This document shows positions 34,124 to 44,431 of a DNA stretch of 64,000 nt, piece by piece; within the stretch, counting starts at the first letter, position 1; the number at the start of each line of letters is the position of its first letter. The position numbers were made by a program, and so were the translations under genes. Below the pieces are notes generated by a model, which saw only the letters and a list, made by a program, of their open reading frames with translations, was not told where the DNA came from and did not search any database. The DNA is from an uncultured Actinomycetota bacterium (lineage in GTDB: Bacteria > Actinomycetota > Actinomycetes > Streptomycetales > Streptomycetaceae). Where the stretch lies: NCBI GenBank assembly GCA_963743515.1, contig CAVUQN010000004.1:768569-832568 (forward strand). The letters run 5' to 3'.

Positions 34124-35836
34124 ATGAATCGCGGGGCAAAAGCCGGGGTCATAGGTGTCTGCTGCGCGGGCCTGCTCGGCCTGGGCGGCGTCGGCGCCTA
34201 CAACATCATCCACGGGCTGACCGGCAGCTCGGGCGGTGGCAGCGCGGGCGGGAGTGCCGGGCCGGCTGCCCAGGCGCAGTCCACCGCGCCCCCGGCGGCG
34301 GCCCAGGCGGTCAAGGTCGCGCAGGCGTTCCTCGGCAACTGGCAGGCCGGCCCCGCCGACTACACGGTGGCGGCGAACTCCACCAACTCGCCCACCGCCG
34401 CCCAGTCCGACCTGGCCAACTACCGGTCCGGCCTGAAGCTCTCGTCGGTCTCGTTCAGCCGGGTCACCGCCGCCGGGCCCTCGACCTCCGACCCCGGCGC
34501 GACGGTGGTGGACTTCACGGTCACCGCGAAGGTCGCGGGCGGGACCTGGACCTACCCGGGCTCGCTGAACGTGATCCAGAACAACGGCGGGCTGGCCTCG
34601 GTCGACTGGTCCGTCTCGGTGCTCTACTCCGGCCTGACCGCCGGTGAGACCCTGGCGGCCGGTCCGGTCACGGCGACCGGGAACGGCGCGGGCTCGACCG
34701 CGACCGTGCTGGCCGCCGACGGCAGCGCGCTGACGGCGGCGAAGTACCCCTCGCTGGCGGGCATCATCAGCGCCCTCGGCTCGGGCGGCTCCGCCGCCGG
34801 GAACAGCGGCGGCTCCGGCGGCAGCGGGGTGGAGGTGCTGGGCGTCGACGGCAGCCCGCAGAGCATCGCCAAGACGTTCACCGCGCCCGTAGGCATGACG
34901 GTGAAGACCACGATCGATCCCCGGCTGCAGGCGGTAGCCGAGCAGGCGGTGCAGAACCCGGAGCTGCACGGCCTGCCGACCTCGGTGGTGGTGCTGGACC
35001 CGGCGACGGGACACATCCTGGCGGTGGCCAATGCCAACACCGGTTCCAACGGCGACATGGCGCTCGACTACGCCAGCCCGCCCGGCTCGACCATGAAGAT
35101 CATCACCTCGGCGGCGCTGTTCGACATGGACGGCCTGACCCCGCAGAGCCCGGCCCCGTGCCCGCTGTCCCAAGTGGCGAACAGTCAGAATTTCACCAAT
35201 GAGAGCGATGTGCCGCAGAAGCTGAATGCCACCGTCGAATGGTCCTTCGCCGAGTCCTGCAACACCGCCTTCATCACCGACGGCTACCAGTACCTGGTGC
35301 ACCACAACACCGACGCCACCGACCTGAGCACCGAGGCCACCCAGGTCTTCGGACTGGTCGCATGGAACATCGGCGGCGGCCTCCAGATCAGCACCGCGCA
35401 GGTCCCGGCCGACCCGACCGGCTCGAACAACGCGGCCGACCTGATCGGCCAGGGCCAGGTGGAGATGAGCCCGCTGGACATGGCCTCGGTCGCGGCCACC
35501 GTCAGCGAGGGAGCGTTCCACCAGCCGGTGATCCTGCCCGGACTCTCCACGCCCGGGGCCGCCACCCCGATGAACCAGACGACCGCCCAGGAGCTGCGGG
35601 ACATGATGCGCTTCGACGCGACGAGCGGCATCGGCACGGCGTCGCCGCGCCTCAGCGGCATCCCGGATGCCGGCGGCAAGACCGGCACCGCGCAGGTGGG
35701 CGACGGCAACAGCACCAACGGCTGGTTCACCGCCTTCGACGACAAGATCGCGGTCGCGTCGATGGTCCAGGGCGGCTCCAGCGGGGCAGGCACCGCCGGC
35801 TACGTCGTCGAGCAACTGCTGGAGGCCGACGAGTAG
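34124..35836 (+). CDS. Penicillin-binding transpeptidase with N-terminal anchor
   Basis: STMK (SxxK), SCN (SxN), KTGT; N-terminal TM. Confidence 0.9.
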   Translation: MNRGAKAGVIGVCCAGLLGLGGVGAYNIIHGLTGSSGGGSAGGSAGPAAQAQSTAPPAAAQAVKVAQAFLGNWQAGPADYTVAANSTNSPTAAQSDLANYRSGLKLSSVSFSRVTAAGPSTSDPGATVVDFTVTAKVAGGTWTYPGSLNVIQNNGGLASVDWSVSVLYSGLTAGETLAAGPVTATGNGAGSTATVLAADGSALTAAKYPSLAGIISALGSGGSAAGNSGGSGGSGVEVLGVDGSPQSIAKTFTAPVGMTVKTTIDPRLQAVAEQAVQNPELHGLPTSVVVLDPATGHILAVANANTGSNGDMALDYASPPGSTMKIITSAALFDMDGLTPQSPAPCPLSQVANSQNFTNESDVPQKLNATVEWSFAESCNTAFITDGYQYLVHHNTDATDLSTEATQVFGLVAWNIGGGLQISTAQVPADPTGSNNAADLIGQGQVEMSPLDMASVAATVSEGAFHQPVILPGLSTPGAATPMNQTTAQELRDMMRFDATSGIGTASPRLSGIPDAGGKTGTAQVGDGNSTNGWFTAFDDKIAVASMVQGGSSGAGTAGYVVEQLLEADE

Positions 35837-35855
35837 CCGGGCGCCCCGGCTCCGC

Positions 35856-36353
35856 TCAGGTGGCGGAGCCGGCCGCCGCCCCGGTGGCCAGGTCGGCGCC
35901 CCAGCGGGCGAGCGCGGCGTCGAGGTCGAGCCGCTCGACCCCGCCGCCGCCGTCGGTCGGCCACTCCGCGCGCGGGACCCGCCACATCACCTCGAACTCG
36001 ATGCCGTCGGGGTCCTTGGCGTAGAAGGACTTGCTGACGCCGTGGTCGCTGGCGCCGACCAGCGAGCCGCGGCGGCGGAGCTTCTCACCGATCTCGGCCA
36101 GCTCGCCGAGCGTCCCGGCCTCCCAGGCGAGGTGGTAGAGCCCGACCTGGCCGGGAACGGGGCCGGCGGCCTGGCCGCCGATCGCGAACAGGCCCAGGTC
36201 GTGGTCGTTGAGCGTGCCGGCGGCGCGCAGGAAGGCGGCCCGGCCGGCGTACTCGGCGGCGACCTCGAAGCCGAGGACGTCGGTGTAGAACTCGACGGAA
36301 CGGGCCACGTCGCGGATGTAGAGGACGGCGTGGTTGAGGCGGCGGACGGACAT
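35856..36353 (-). CDS. VOC family protein
   Basis: LNHAVL, HDLGL, YHLAW, DPDGIEFE. Confidence 0.85.
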   Translation of the reverse strand: MSVRRLNHAVLYIRDVARSVEFYTDVLGFEVAAEYAGRAAFLRAAGTLNDHDLGLFAIGGQAAGPVPGQVGLYHLAWEAGTLGELAEIGEKLRRRGSLVGASDHGVSKSFYAKDPDGIEFEVMWRVPRAEWPTDGGGGVERLDLDAALARWGADLATGAAAGSAT

Positions 36354-36457
36354 CACGGGCTCCTCGGAGGGATCTCGGGTCGGCGGGTGCTGCCTCCTGC
36401 AACATTACCTTCCCAGGAAAGTATTCCCGGGGCGGGCAGCGCATGTGCCGAGCCGAC

Positions 36458-37903
36458 TCAGCCGGTGCGGGCCGGGTCGGCGACGAGGGCGGCGTCCACC
36501 GCTGCCTCGACCACCGCCTCCATGGCCGCCTCGGCCACAGCGGCCGCCACCGCTGCCTCCACGGCGGCGTCCGCCGCTGCTGCTCCCGATGCCGCCTCCG
36601 CCCGCTGGAACAGCGGGCGCAGCAGGGCTTCGCCCGGTTCGGCCGCCCCGGGCGTGCGGCGGCCGAGCGCGAGCCGGGGCCAGAGCACCAGCAGGACCGG
36701 GAGCTCCAGGTAGCCGAAGCGGCCGGCCGGGGCGAGCAGGAAGGCGACGGCGACCCCGGCGGCCAGCCGGTCCGCCGCCTGGGTGACCGTGTGCGGCGGG
36801 CGGAGCAGCAGCCACAGCGCGATGGCCGCGCCGCCCGCGCCCAGCAGCACCAGCGAGGCGATCCGGCCGTCCGGGCCCAGTTCGGCGAGCAGGTGGCCGG
36901 GGAGCGGGCTGTTCGCCGGGGTGCGCAGCCTGGAGAGCCCGAGCGGGAAACGGACCACCTGCTCCAGCGCCGCCGCCGGGGTGGCCAGCACGCACGGGAC
37001 GATCAGCAGCGCCGAGGCGGCCAGCGTCAGCGCGGCGCAGCGCAGCGCCGGGCGGCGTCCGTACCGCTGGTGGACCAGCAGCAGCGCGACCGGCACGGCC
37101 GGCCAGGCGGTCCACTTGAGCGCGCAGGCCAGGGCGACGAAGAGGGCGGCCCGGTACAGCCGCCCCTGTCCGGCGCAGGCCAGGCCGAGCAGGCAGCAGC
37201 CGATCAGCGGCAGGTCCACTCCGCTGACCGAGGCCGGGAGCGAGACCAGTGGCGAGGCGGTGACCGCGGCCAGCGCGAGCCACCCGCGCGCCGGTCCCGA
37301 GCTCCGCAGCAGCCGCCAGGTGGCGACCAGGCAGCCGAGGAAGGCCAGCAGGAACCAGAGCCGGGCGTCGCCGAGGATCTGCGGCAGCGCGCCCTGGGTC
37401 CCGAGCAGCGCGCGGGGCAGTCCGAACAGCGCCATCGCCGGAAGGTACGGGTTGTACTGGATCACCCGGTGCGCGGTCGGCAGATAGGGGCTGCCGGTGT
37501 GCAGCAGCTGGGTGGCCGAGTTCTGGACGACGTAGACCTCGGACTGGGCCTGGCCGCCGGCCGTCATGATCGCGAGCGGCAGCAGCACCGCACCGGCCAG
37601 CGCGACGGCCACGGCGAGGGCGGGGGCGCGGCGGCGCGGGGCGAAGGCGGCGACGGCGGCGGCCAGCAGGTACCCGCCGGTGGCGAGGAATCCCCAGTTG
37701 CGCTGCGGGACCAGGTCGGAGAAGAGCGGGAAGGTCCCGCCCCAGACCGCCGAGGCCAGGCAGCCGAGGATCCAGGGCAGTCGGCGCGGGCCGCGCTCCC
37801 GGACGTCGGGGTACGGGGCGAGGCGGCGGGCGGCAGTGGTGATGGCAGTGGTGATGGCGGAGCTCAGCCGGGCCGGTTCCTGGGCATGATTCGTCGTCAC
37901 CAT
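36458..37903 (-). CDS. GT87/DUF2029-like membrane glycosyltransferase
   Basis: QSEV...GSPY...YNPYLP luminal loop, GVDLP, ALK; multiple TMs. Confidence 0.75.
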   Translation of the reverse strand: MVTTNHAQEPARLSSAITTAITTAARRLAPYPDVRERGPRRLPWILGCLASAVWGGTFPLFSDLVPQRNWGFLATGGYLLAAAVAAFAPRRRAPALAVAVALAGAVLLPLAIMTAGGQAQSEVYVVQNSATQLLHTGSPYLPTAHRVIQYNPYLPAMALFGLPRALLGTQGALPQILGDARLWFLLAFLGCLVATWRLLRSSGPARGWLALAAVTASPLVSLPASVSGVDLPLIGCCLLGLACAGQGRLYRAALFVALACALKWTAWPAVPVALLLVHQRYGRRPALRCAALTLAASALLIVPCVLATPAAALEQVVRFPLGLSRLRTPANSPLPGHLLAELGPDGRIASLVLLGAGGAAIALWLLLRPPHTVTQAADRLAAGVAVAFLLAPAGRFGYLELPVLLVLWPRLALGRRTPGAAEPGEALLRPLFQRAEAASGAAAADAAVEAAVAAAVAEAAMEAVVEAAVDAALVADPARTG

Positions 37904-38050
37904 GCCAACCTTAGGAAGGCGTCGACGATTTCGTCGTCACACTGCAGGGTGGGGCGCCATCCCCCTGCAGGATGGCACCCGACTGGTCCCATGAAGGCCC
38001 CGAACGGCCCCACATCGCCCGCCGGGCGGGGCTGCTGCCGGGGCGTCGGC

Positions 38051-38776
38051 TCAGACCGTCTCGCCCAGCCCGCCGACCAGCCCGTTCTCGTAGGCGAACA
38101 CCACGGCCTGGGTCCGGTCGCGCAGTTCCAGCTTGGCCAGTATCCGGCCGACATGGGTCTTGATCGTCTGCTCGGAGAGGAACAGCTCCTCGGCGATCTC
38201 ACCGTTGGACAGCCCCCGGGCGACCTGCCGGAGCACGTCCAGCTCCCGGGCGGTGAGCGTGGCGGCGGCCTCCGGGCGGAGGTTGCCGGAGCGGCGGCGG
38301 CGGGCGACGTCGTCGATCAGCCGACGGGTGACCGAGGGGGCGAGCAGGGCCTCGCCGGAGGCGATCACCCGGACCGCGTTGATCAGGTCCCGGGCCGGCG
38401 CGTCCTTGAGCAGGAAGCCGCTGGCCCCGCGGGCCAGCGCCTCGTAGACGTACTCGTCCAGGTCGAAGGTGGTGAGGATGAGGACCCGCGGCCCCGGGCT
38501 GCGGCCGTCCGCGCGTTCGCCCTCGCTGCCACCGCCGCTGCCACCGCCGCGCTCGCCGAGGATGCGGGCGGTGGCAGTGAGCCCGTCCATGCCGGGCATC
38601 CGGATGTCCATGACCACGACGTCGGGGCGCAGCTCCGCCGCGAGCTGGACGGCCAGCAGCCCGTCACCGGCCTCGCCGACCAGCTCGATGTCTGGGGCGG
38701 AGGACAGTAGCGCGCCCAGCCCGTCCCGGACCATCTCCTGATCGTCCACCAGCAGGACCCGGATGGTGTCAGCCAT
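38051..38776 (-). CDS. NarL-family response regulator
   Basis: VDDQ, MDIRMP, LTTFD, FLLK, LuxR HTH. Confidence 0.93.
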   Translation of the reverse strand: MADTIRVLLVDDQEMVRDGLGALLSSAPDIELVGEAGDGLLAVQLAAELRPDVVVMDIRMPGMDGLTATARILGERGGGSGGGSEGERADGRSPGPRVLILTTFDLDEYVYEALARGASGFLLKDAPARDLINAVRVIASGEALLAPSVTRRLIDDVARRRRSGNLRPEAAATLTARELDVLRQVARGLSNGEIAEELFLSEQTIKTHVGRILAKLELRDRTQAVVFAYENGLVGGLGETV

Positions 38777-38793
38777 GGTCTTCTGTTCCCCCG

Positions 38794-40116
38794 TCAGTTC
38801 TCTTCGCCGTCAGCCCGGAAGTGATCTCCCCGGCGTTGCTCGGGTACGCCGTCCAGCGGCAGTTCGGCGCTCACCTCGAAGCCCCCGTGCTCGCGCTGGT
38901 GCGCGCGCAGCGTGCCGCCGAGCATCGCGGCCCGCTCGCGCATCCCGGTGAGGCCGTGGCCGCCGTGGCCGCCCGGGGCGGGCTCGCCGCTGGTGCGGCC
39001 GTCGTCGGCGACATGGACCCGGACCGTGTCCTGGGTGCGCAGGATCTCGATCTCGACCCGCGCCCCGGGGGCGTGGCGCCCGGCGTTGCTGAGCGCCTCC
39101 TGCACGATCCGGTACACCGACACGTCGACCACGGCCGGCGGCCGCTCGGGTCCGGCCGTGAGCGTGAGGTCGACCTGCATCCCCGCCTGCCGGGCGGCCC
39201 GGACCATGTCCGGGATCCGGTCGATGCCCGGCTGCGGGGCGCGCTCGGCGTTCTCGTCGTCCTCCCGCAGCAGCCCGATGACGCGGCGCATCTCGGTCAG
39301 CGCGGTGGTGGACGCCTCCCGGATCGCGCCGAAGGTCCGCAGCGTCTGCTCGGGCAGACCGGGCTCCTTGTACGGCGCGGCCTCGGCCTGGATGGCGATC
39401 ATCGACATATGGTGCGCGACCACGTCGTGCAGCTCCCGGGCGATCCGCGAGCGCTCCTCCAGCACGGCCTGCCGGGCCAGTCCGGCCCGGCGCTGCTCCT
39501 CGGCCCGGACCAGGTGCCGTTCGGCCTCGCGCCGGGAGTGGATGGACTCTCCGAGGACCAGCACCAGCGTGGCGACGACGGCGGCGACGGCCAGCACCAC
39601 CGGCGGCAGTCCGACCAGCAGCACGGCCGGGAGCAGCACCGCCGCCGCGGTGAGCAGGTCCACGCCCACGGCCACGTCCCGGCCGTAGACCTGCGCGGTG
39701 ACGAAGAGCAGGACGACGTAGGCGATGCAGCCGCTGACCGGCCAGGGCCAGAACGGCGTCGGGGCGTGGCCGACCTCGGCGAAGGTGGTCAGGGTGAGTC
39801 CGATGCCGCAGATCCGCCAGGCGGCCAGCGGCCGGGTCGCGGCCAGCAGCAGCGGCAGCACCTGGAGTCCGGCGAGGGCCCAGGCGAGGCTGCCGGGGAC
39901 GAGTTCGTTGAGCTGGTTGTCGGCCGACTCGGTGAGCAGCACCACGCAGCCGGCGCAGAGCACGGCCAGGCCGTAGCGCAGCCGGGGCGAGGACAGCGAG
40001 GGGAGCAGGAAGACCCGCTGCTCGGGGGCGGCCCACCCGGCCTTGCGGATCAGTATCGCGATGTCGCCCACGCGGGCGAGGGCGCGCTCGACCGCGCGCC
40101 GGAGGGCTCCGTCCAT
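38794..40116 (-). CDS. Sensor histidine kinase (HisKA_3)
   Basis: TMs, ERSRIARELHDVVAH, QEALSN, DDG, GHGLTGMRER. Confidence 0.93.
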   Translation of the reverse strand: MDGALRRAVERALARVGDIAILIRKAGWAAPEQRVFLLPSLSSPRLRYGLAVLCAGCVVLLTESADNQLNELVPGSLAWALAGLQVLPLLLAATRPLAAWRICGIGLTLTTFAEVGHAPTPFWPWPVSGCIAYVVLLFVTAQVYGRDVAVGVDLLTAAAVLLPAVLLVGLPPVVLAVAAVVATLVLVLGESIHSRREAERHLVRAEEQRRAGLARQAVLEERSRIARELHDVVAHHMSMIAIQAEAAPYKEPGLPEQTLRTFGAIREASTTALTEMRRVIGLLREDDENAERAPQPGIDRIPDMVRAARQAGMQVDLTLTAGPERPPAVVDVSVYRIVQEALSNAGRHAPGARVEIEILRTQDTVRVHVADDGRTSGEPAPGGHGGHGLTGMRERAAMLGGTLRAHQREHGGFEVSAELPLDGVPEQRRGDHFRADGEEN

Positions 40117-40208
40117 GACGGATCGAGCTTAGTCCGCCCGGCGGTCGGGCGTTACGACGCGTCAGCCGCCCGGCACCGGCCGCGCTGCCCGCACCGGCCG
40201 CCGGACCG

Positions 40209-41117
40209 TCAGAACGGGTGCCCCAGCAGCGCCTCGACCTCGTCCCGGGTCGGCAGCGACGGCTGGGCCCCGGCCCGGGTGGTCGTCAGCGCCGCCGCCG
40301 CGTTGGCCAGCCGGACCGCCTCGTGCAGCGGTCTGCCCTCGGCGAGCGCGCAGGCCAGAGCGCCGCAGAAGGAGTCGCCGGCGGCGGTGGTGTCCACCGC
40401 CGCGACCGGCAGCGGCGGGACGACGTGCACGGCGCCCTCGGCGCACAGCAGTGCGCCGTCTGCGCCCAGGGTGACCACCACGGCCGCCGGACCGCCGAGG
40501 GTCCGGGCGGCGTCGGCGACGGCGTGCAGGTCCGGCAGCGGGTGGCCGACCAGGGCGGCCAGTTCTTCGCGGTTGGGCACCAGTACGTCGACCATTTCCA
40601 GCAGCCCGCGCGGCAGTTCCCGCGCGGGTGCGGGGTTCAGCAGCACCAGGCCGCCGGCCAGCCGGGCCGCCGCCTCCACGGTCGCCGCCGGGACCTCCTG
40701 CTGGAGCAGGGTGACCTGGGCATCGCGGAGCAGCGCCCCCGCCGCCGCGCAGTGCTCGGGCGCGAGCGCGCTGTTGGCGCCGGGGCTGACGATGATCGAG
40801 TTCTCGCCGGAGGAGGTGTCCACCGCGACCAGCGCCTGTCCGCTGGCCGATCCCTCGGCCACCAGCACCCGCTCCACCTCGACCCGCTCCGCCGCCAGGG
40901 CCGCCCGCAGCCGGCCCCCGGCGGCGTCCGCGCCGACCATGCCCACCATCGCCACCTGGGCGCCGAGCCGCGCCGCCGCGACCGCCTGGTTGGCGCCCTT
41001 GCCGCCGGGATGCTCGGCGAGGACGCCGCCCAGCACGGTCTCCCCCGGCCGGGGGTGGTGCGGGACCGGAACGACCAGGTCCAGGTTGAGGCTCCCCACG
41101 ACTGCGATCTTCGGCAT
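40209..41117 (-). CDS. rbsK: Ribokinase
   Basis: GSLNLD, PGGKGANQA, NPAPA, DTTAAGDSF. Confidence 0.9.
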   Translation of the reverse strand: MPKIAVVGSLNLDLVVPVPHHPRPGETVLGGVLAEHPGGKGANQAVAAARLGAQVAMVGMVGADAAGGRLRAALAAERVEVERVLVAEGSASGQALVAVDTSSGENSIIVSPGANSALAPEHCAAAGALLRDAQVTLLQQEVPAATVEAAARLAGGLVLLNPAPARELPRGLLEMVDVLVPNREELAALVGHPLPDLHAVADAARTLGGPAAVVVTLGADGALLCAEGAVHVVPPLPVAAVDTTAAGDSFCGALACALAEGRPLHEAVRLANAAAALTTTRAGAQPSLPTRDEVEALLGHPF

Positions 41118-41277
41118 GGCACCACCTTCCCCGATGGTCGGCCCCACGTACACCTCCGGTCGGCGGGTCCGGGCGGCCCGGGCGCGGTCGGTCCGGGCGC
41201 GGGCGGCCCGGGCGCGGTCGGTCCGAGTCCGGTCGGTCCGGATCTGGTCGGCGCGCGTCAGCCGTCGTCGGCCCGGC

Positions 41278-42816
41278 TCAGCCGTTGAGGACCGCCTGCA
41301 TCACGGCGCGGGCGACGGGCGCGGCCAGGCCGCCACCGCTGACGTCCGCGCGGTTGGCATTGCTGTCCTCGATCACCACCGCGACCGCGACCGGCGAGGC
41401 GGCCGCGGGGCTCGGTTTGGCGTAGGAGACGAACCAGGCGTACGGCGTCCCGCTGTTGTTGACGCCGTTCTGGGCGGTGCCGGTCTTCCCGCCGACCACC
41501 GCGCCGGGAATGGCCGCGTTGGTGCCGGTACCGTTGGTCACCACGTTCACCATCATCTGCTGGAGCTCAGCGGCGACGGCCGGGCTGATCGGCTGCCCGA
41601 AGGTCTTCGGGGTGAACCCCTGCACCTGCTTGCCGTCCGAACGGGTGACCGAGGCTACCAGTTGAGGCTGCATCAGCGTGCCGTTGTCGGCGACCGCCGC
41701 ACCGACCTCGGCCATCTGCAGCGGACTGGCCGCGGTGTTGTACTGCCCGATCGAGGAGAGTGCCAGAAAGGCCTGGCCGGTCATCGAGGTGTCGAAGACG
41801 CTCGGCACCACCCCGACCGGAATGGTCTGCGCGCTCTGGTTGAAACCGAAGGCCTGTGCCATCCGCACCATTCCGGCCTCGCCGACATCGTCGCCGAGCT
41901 TGGCGAAGACGGTGTTGCAGGAGACCTGCATGGCATACATCAGGGTGGCGTTCTGGCAGGCGTCGGCGGCGCTCTCGTTGGTGATCGGGGTGGTGGTGTC
42001 GGAGGGGGTGTACGGGTCGGGGGTGTCGGTCGGGGTGTCGATGCCGTCGACGACGCCGTCGGTGAGCGCCGCCGAGGCCGTGACGATCTTGAACGTGGAG
42101 CCCGGCGGGTAGGTCTGCCGCAGCGCCCGGTTGAGCATCGGCTGGGTCGACTGCGCGTTCAGCGCGCTCCAGGCGGCGACCGTCGCCGAACCGGTGCCGG
42201 CGATGCTGCCGGGGTCGTACGAGGGGGTGCTGGCCAGGACAAGGATCCGGCCGGTCGCCGGTTCGATCGCCGCGACCGCGCCGCGCTTGCCGCCCAGGCC
42301 GGCGAAGGCGGCCTGCTGCGCCTTGGCGTTGATGGTGGTCAGCACATTGCCGCCGGGCACCGGGTCGCGGGTGATGGCGTTGAGCAGCGGGAAACTCGCG
42401 AGCCGACTGTCCGTGCCGGAGAGGATCCCGTCCTCGACGCCCTCCAGCAGGGTGTTGCCGTAGGTCTGCGAGGAGAAGCCGGTGACCGGCGCGTAGAGCG
42501 GGCCGTCGGTGTAGGTGCGGACATAGTCGAAGGTCCCGCCGGTGGCCCGGGAGCCGGTCACCGACCGGCCGCCGACCAGGATGTCCCCGCGCGGCTGGGC
42601 GTAGCGGGCCAGGGTCGCGCGCTGGTTGGCGGGGTTGTCGTCGTAGCCCTGCGACTGGACGACCTGGACCCGGCTGCAGTTGATCAGCAGCAGCAGGATC
42701 AGCAGCAGACAGAACAGCCCGGCCCGGCGGGCGGTACGGCTCAACGAGAGGCGCACCGCGCCGGCGGCGGAGGCGTCCCGGCTCTCGTTGCGGCTGCCAC
42801 GACCGAACGGACTCAT
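41278..42816 (-). CDS. Class B penicillin-binding protein (PbpA-like)
   Basis: PRGDI, STFK, SCN, KTGT; overlaps the stop of the SEDS gene. Confidence 0.92.
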   Translation of the reverse strand: MSPFGRGSRNESRDASAAGAVRLSLSRTARRAGLFCLLLILLLLINCSRVQVVQSQGYDDNPANQRATLARYAQPRGDILVGGRSVTGSRATGGTFDYVRTYTDGPLYAPVTGFSSQTYGNTLLEGVEDGILSGTDSRLASFPLLNAITRDPVPGGNVLTTINAKAQQAAFAGLGGKRGAVAAIEPATGRILVLASTPSYDPGSIAGTGSATVAAWSALNAQSTQPMLNRALRQTYPPGSTFKIVTASAALTDGVVDGIDTPTDTPDPYTPSDTTTPITNESAADACQNATLMYAMQVSCNTVFAKLGDDVGEAGMVRMAQAFGFNQSAQTIPVGVVPSVFDTSMTGQAFLALSSIGQYNTAASPLQMAEVGAAVADNGTLMQPQLVASVTRSDGKQVQGFTPKTFGQPISPAVAAELQQMMVNVVTNGTGTNAAIPGAVVGGKTGTAQNGVNNSGTPYAWFVSYAKPSPAAASPVAVAVVIEDSNANRADVSGGGLAAPVARAVMQAVLNG

Positions 42817-44300
42817 ACCTTCGGCACCGCCTGGGTCGGGTCGTCGTCGCCATCCTCCGGTGACGTCCGGGGCTCCGGCGACGACTGGGGCTGCTGGGGC
42901 TTTTGAGGCTGCGGCGGCTGGGCCGGTCGGATCGGCGGGGCCGGCGGCGGGGGCGCGACCGGCGGCAGCGCCGGGCGCCGGGCGGCATGGCTGGTGCGGA
43001 TCAGCAGCGCGACCAGGATCCAGTTGGTCACCAGCGACGAGCCGCCCTGGGCCAGGAAGGGCATGGTCATCCCGGTCAGTGGGATGAGGTCGGTGACGCC
43101 CGCGGCGACCACGAACACCTGGAGTGCCAGCAGCGAGGCGAGTCCGATCGACAGCAGCCGCCCGAAGGGGTCCTGCAGCATGATGCCGGTGCGGTAGCCG
43201 CGCACCACCAGGACCGCGTAGACCAGCAGCAGCGCCGCCAGCCCGACCAGGCCGAGCTCCTCGCCGAAGGTGGCGAGGATCCAGTCGGACTTCACCGCGA
43301 AGCCGATCAGGTAGGAGTGGCCCTGGCCGAGGCCGGTGCCGAGCAGCCCGCCGGCCGCGAAGGCGAACAGCGACTGGGCCAGCTGCCCGGCCCCCTGCCC
43401 CGCCTCGATCGAGGCCATCGGGTGCAGCCAGTCCACGAAGCGGCTGTGCACATGCGGTTCGAACAGGCCGACGACTGCGACCGCCAGGCCGACCAGGACC
43501 AGGCCGACCGCGATCCAGCCGGTCCGCCCGGTGGCGACATAGAGCATCATCACGAACATGCCGAAGAAGATCAGGCAGGTGCCGAGGTCCTGCTCCAGGA
43601 ACAGCACTCCGGAGCTGAGCAGCCAGACCACCAGGATCGGCCCGAGGTCGCGGCCGCGCGGCAGTTCGATCACCCAGATCCGGCGGCCGGTGAGCGCCAG
43701 CGCGTCGCGGTTGGCGGCGAGGTAGGCGGCGAAGAAGATCGCCAGCGCGATCTTGGCGACCTCGCCGGGCTGGAAGGAGAGCGGTCCGATCTTGATCCAG
43801 ATCTTGGCGCCGTAGACGGCGGGCAGGAAGGCCGGGACGATCATGAGGGCGATCGCGCAGAAGGCGAAGACATAGGCGTAGCGCTGGAGCACCCGGTAGT
43901 CCCGCAGGAACAGCACCACCCCGATGAACAGCACCACCCCGATCGCCGACCAGACCAGCTGCGAGGGTGCGGAGCTGGTCGCGGTCGCCCGGTCGAGCCG
44001 GTAGATCACCACGAGTCCGAGCCCGTTCAGCAGCACCGCCAGCGGCAGCAGCAGCGGATCGGCGTAGCGCGCCCGCAGACGCACCGCGCCGTGGGCGAGC
44101 AGTGCCAGCACGCCCAGGCCGATCCCGTACCGGGCGGTGTCGGCCGGCACCCGGCCGTCGATGACGCAGCCCACGTCCGCGTAACCGAAGGCCGCGATCA
44201 GGACGGCGAGCAGGACCAGGCCGAGCTCGGTGGTGCGCCGGGTCGGGACGCGTGGCTGCGGGTTCGCCGGGCCGGGAGCGGGGGCAGTCACAGCGGCCAA
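42813..44300 (-). CDS. FtsW/RodA/SpoVE (SEDS) protein
   Basis: FQPGE, QDLGT, SDWI...EELG, IPLTG, GGSS. Confidence 0.93.
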   Translation of the reverse strand: MAAVTAPAPGPANPQPRVPTRRTTELGLVLLAVLIAAFGYADVGCVIDGRVPADTARYGIGLGVLALLAHGAVRLRARYADPLLLPLAVLLNGLGLVVIYRLDRATATSSAPSQLVWSAIGVVLFIGVVLFLRDYRVLQRYAYVFAFCAIALMIVPAFLPAVYGAKIWIKIGPLSFQPGEVAKIALAIFFAAYLAANRDALALTGRRIWVIELPRGRDLGPILVVWLLSSGVLFLEQDLGTCLIFFGMFVMMLYVATGRTGWIAVGLVLVGLAVAVVGLFEPHVHSRFVDWLHPMASIEAGQGAGQLAQSLFAFAAGGLLGTGLGQGHSYLIGFAVKSDWILATFGEELGLVGLAALLLVYAVLVVRGYRTGIMLQDPFGRLLSIGLASLLALQVFVVAAGVTDLIPLTGMTMPFLAQGGSSLVTNWILVALLIRTSHAARRPALPPVAPPPPAPPIRPAQPPQPQKPQQPQSSPEPRTSPEDGDDDPTQAVPKV

Positions 44301-44431
44301 AGGGGGCGGTCCTTCCCTGGGGCCCGGCAGCGGGCGCGCATACGGCCCGCCGAACGACCGGCAGATCTGCGTCGCGCGGAGCAGCTGCTGCCGATCGCTC
44401 GCCAGGCCGTACTGGGAAATTTAGCCAGATA

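Noticed and set aside
41158-41255. GC-rich GGTCGGTCCG repeats between pbpA and rbsK
   Set aside because: Looks like a local slippage duplication, with no spacer structure or coding signal
38821-42906. 1361-aa plus-strand ORF and other very long ORFs (7227..9800, 22503..24710, 55096..57708, 60440..63247)
   Set aside because: Antisense shadows of well-supported minus-strand genes; stop-poor frames are expected at this GC content
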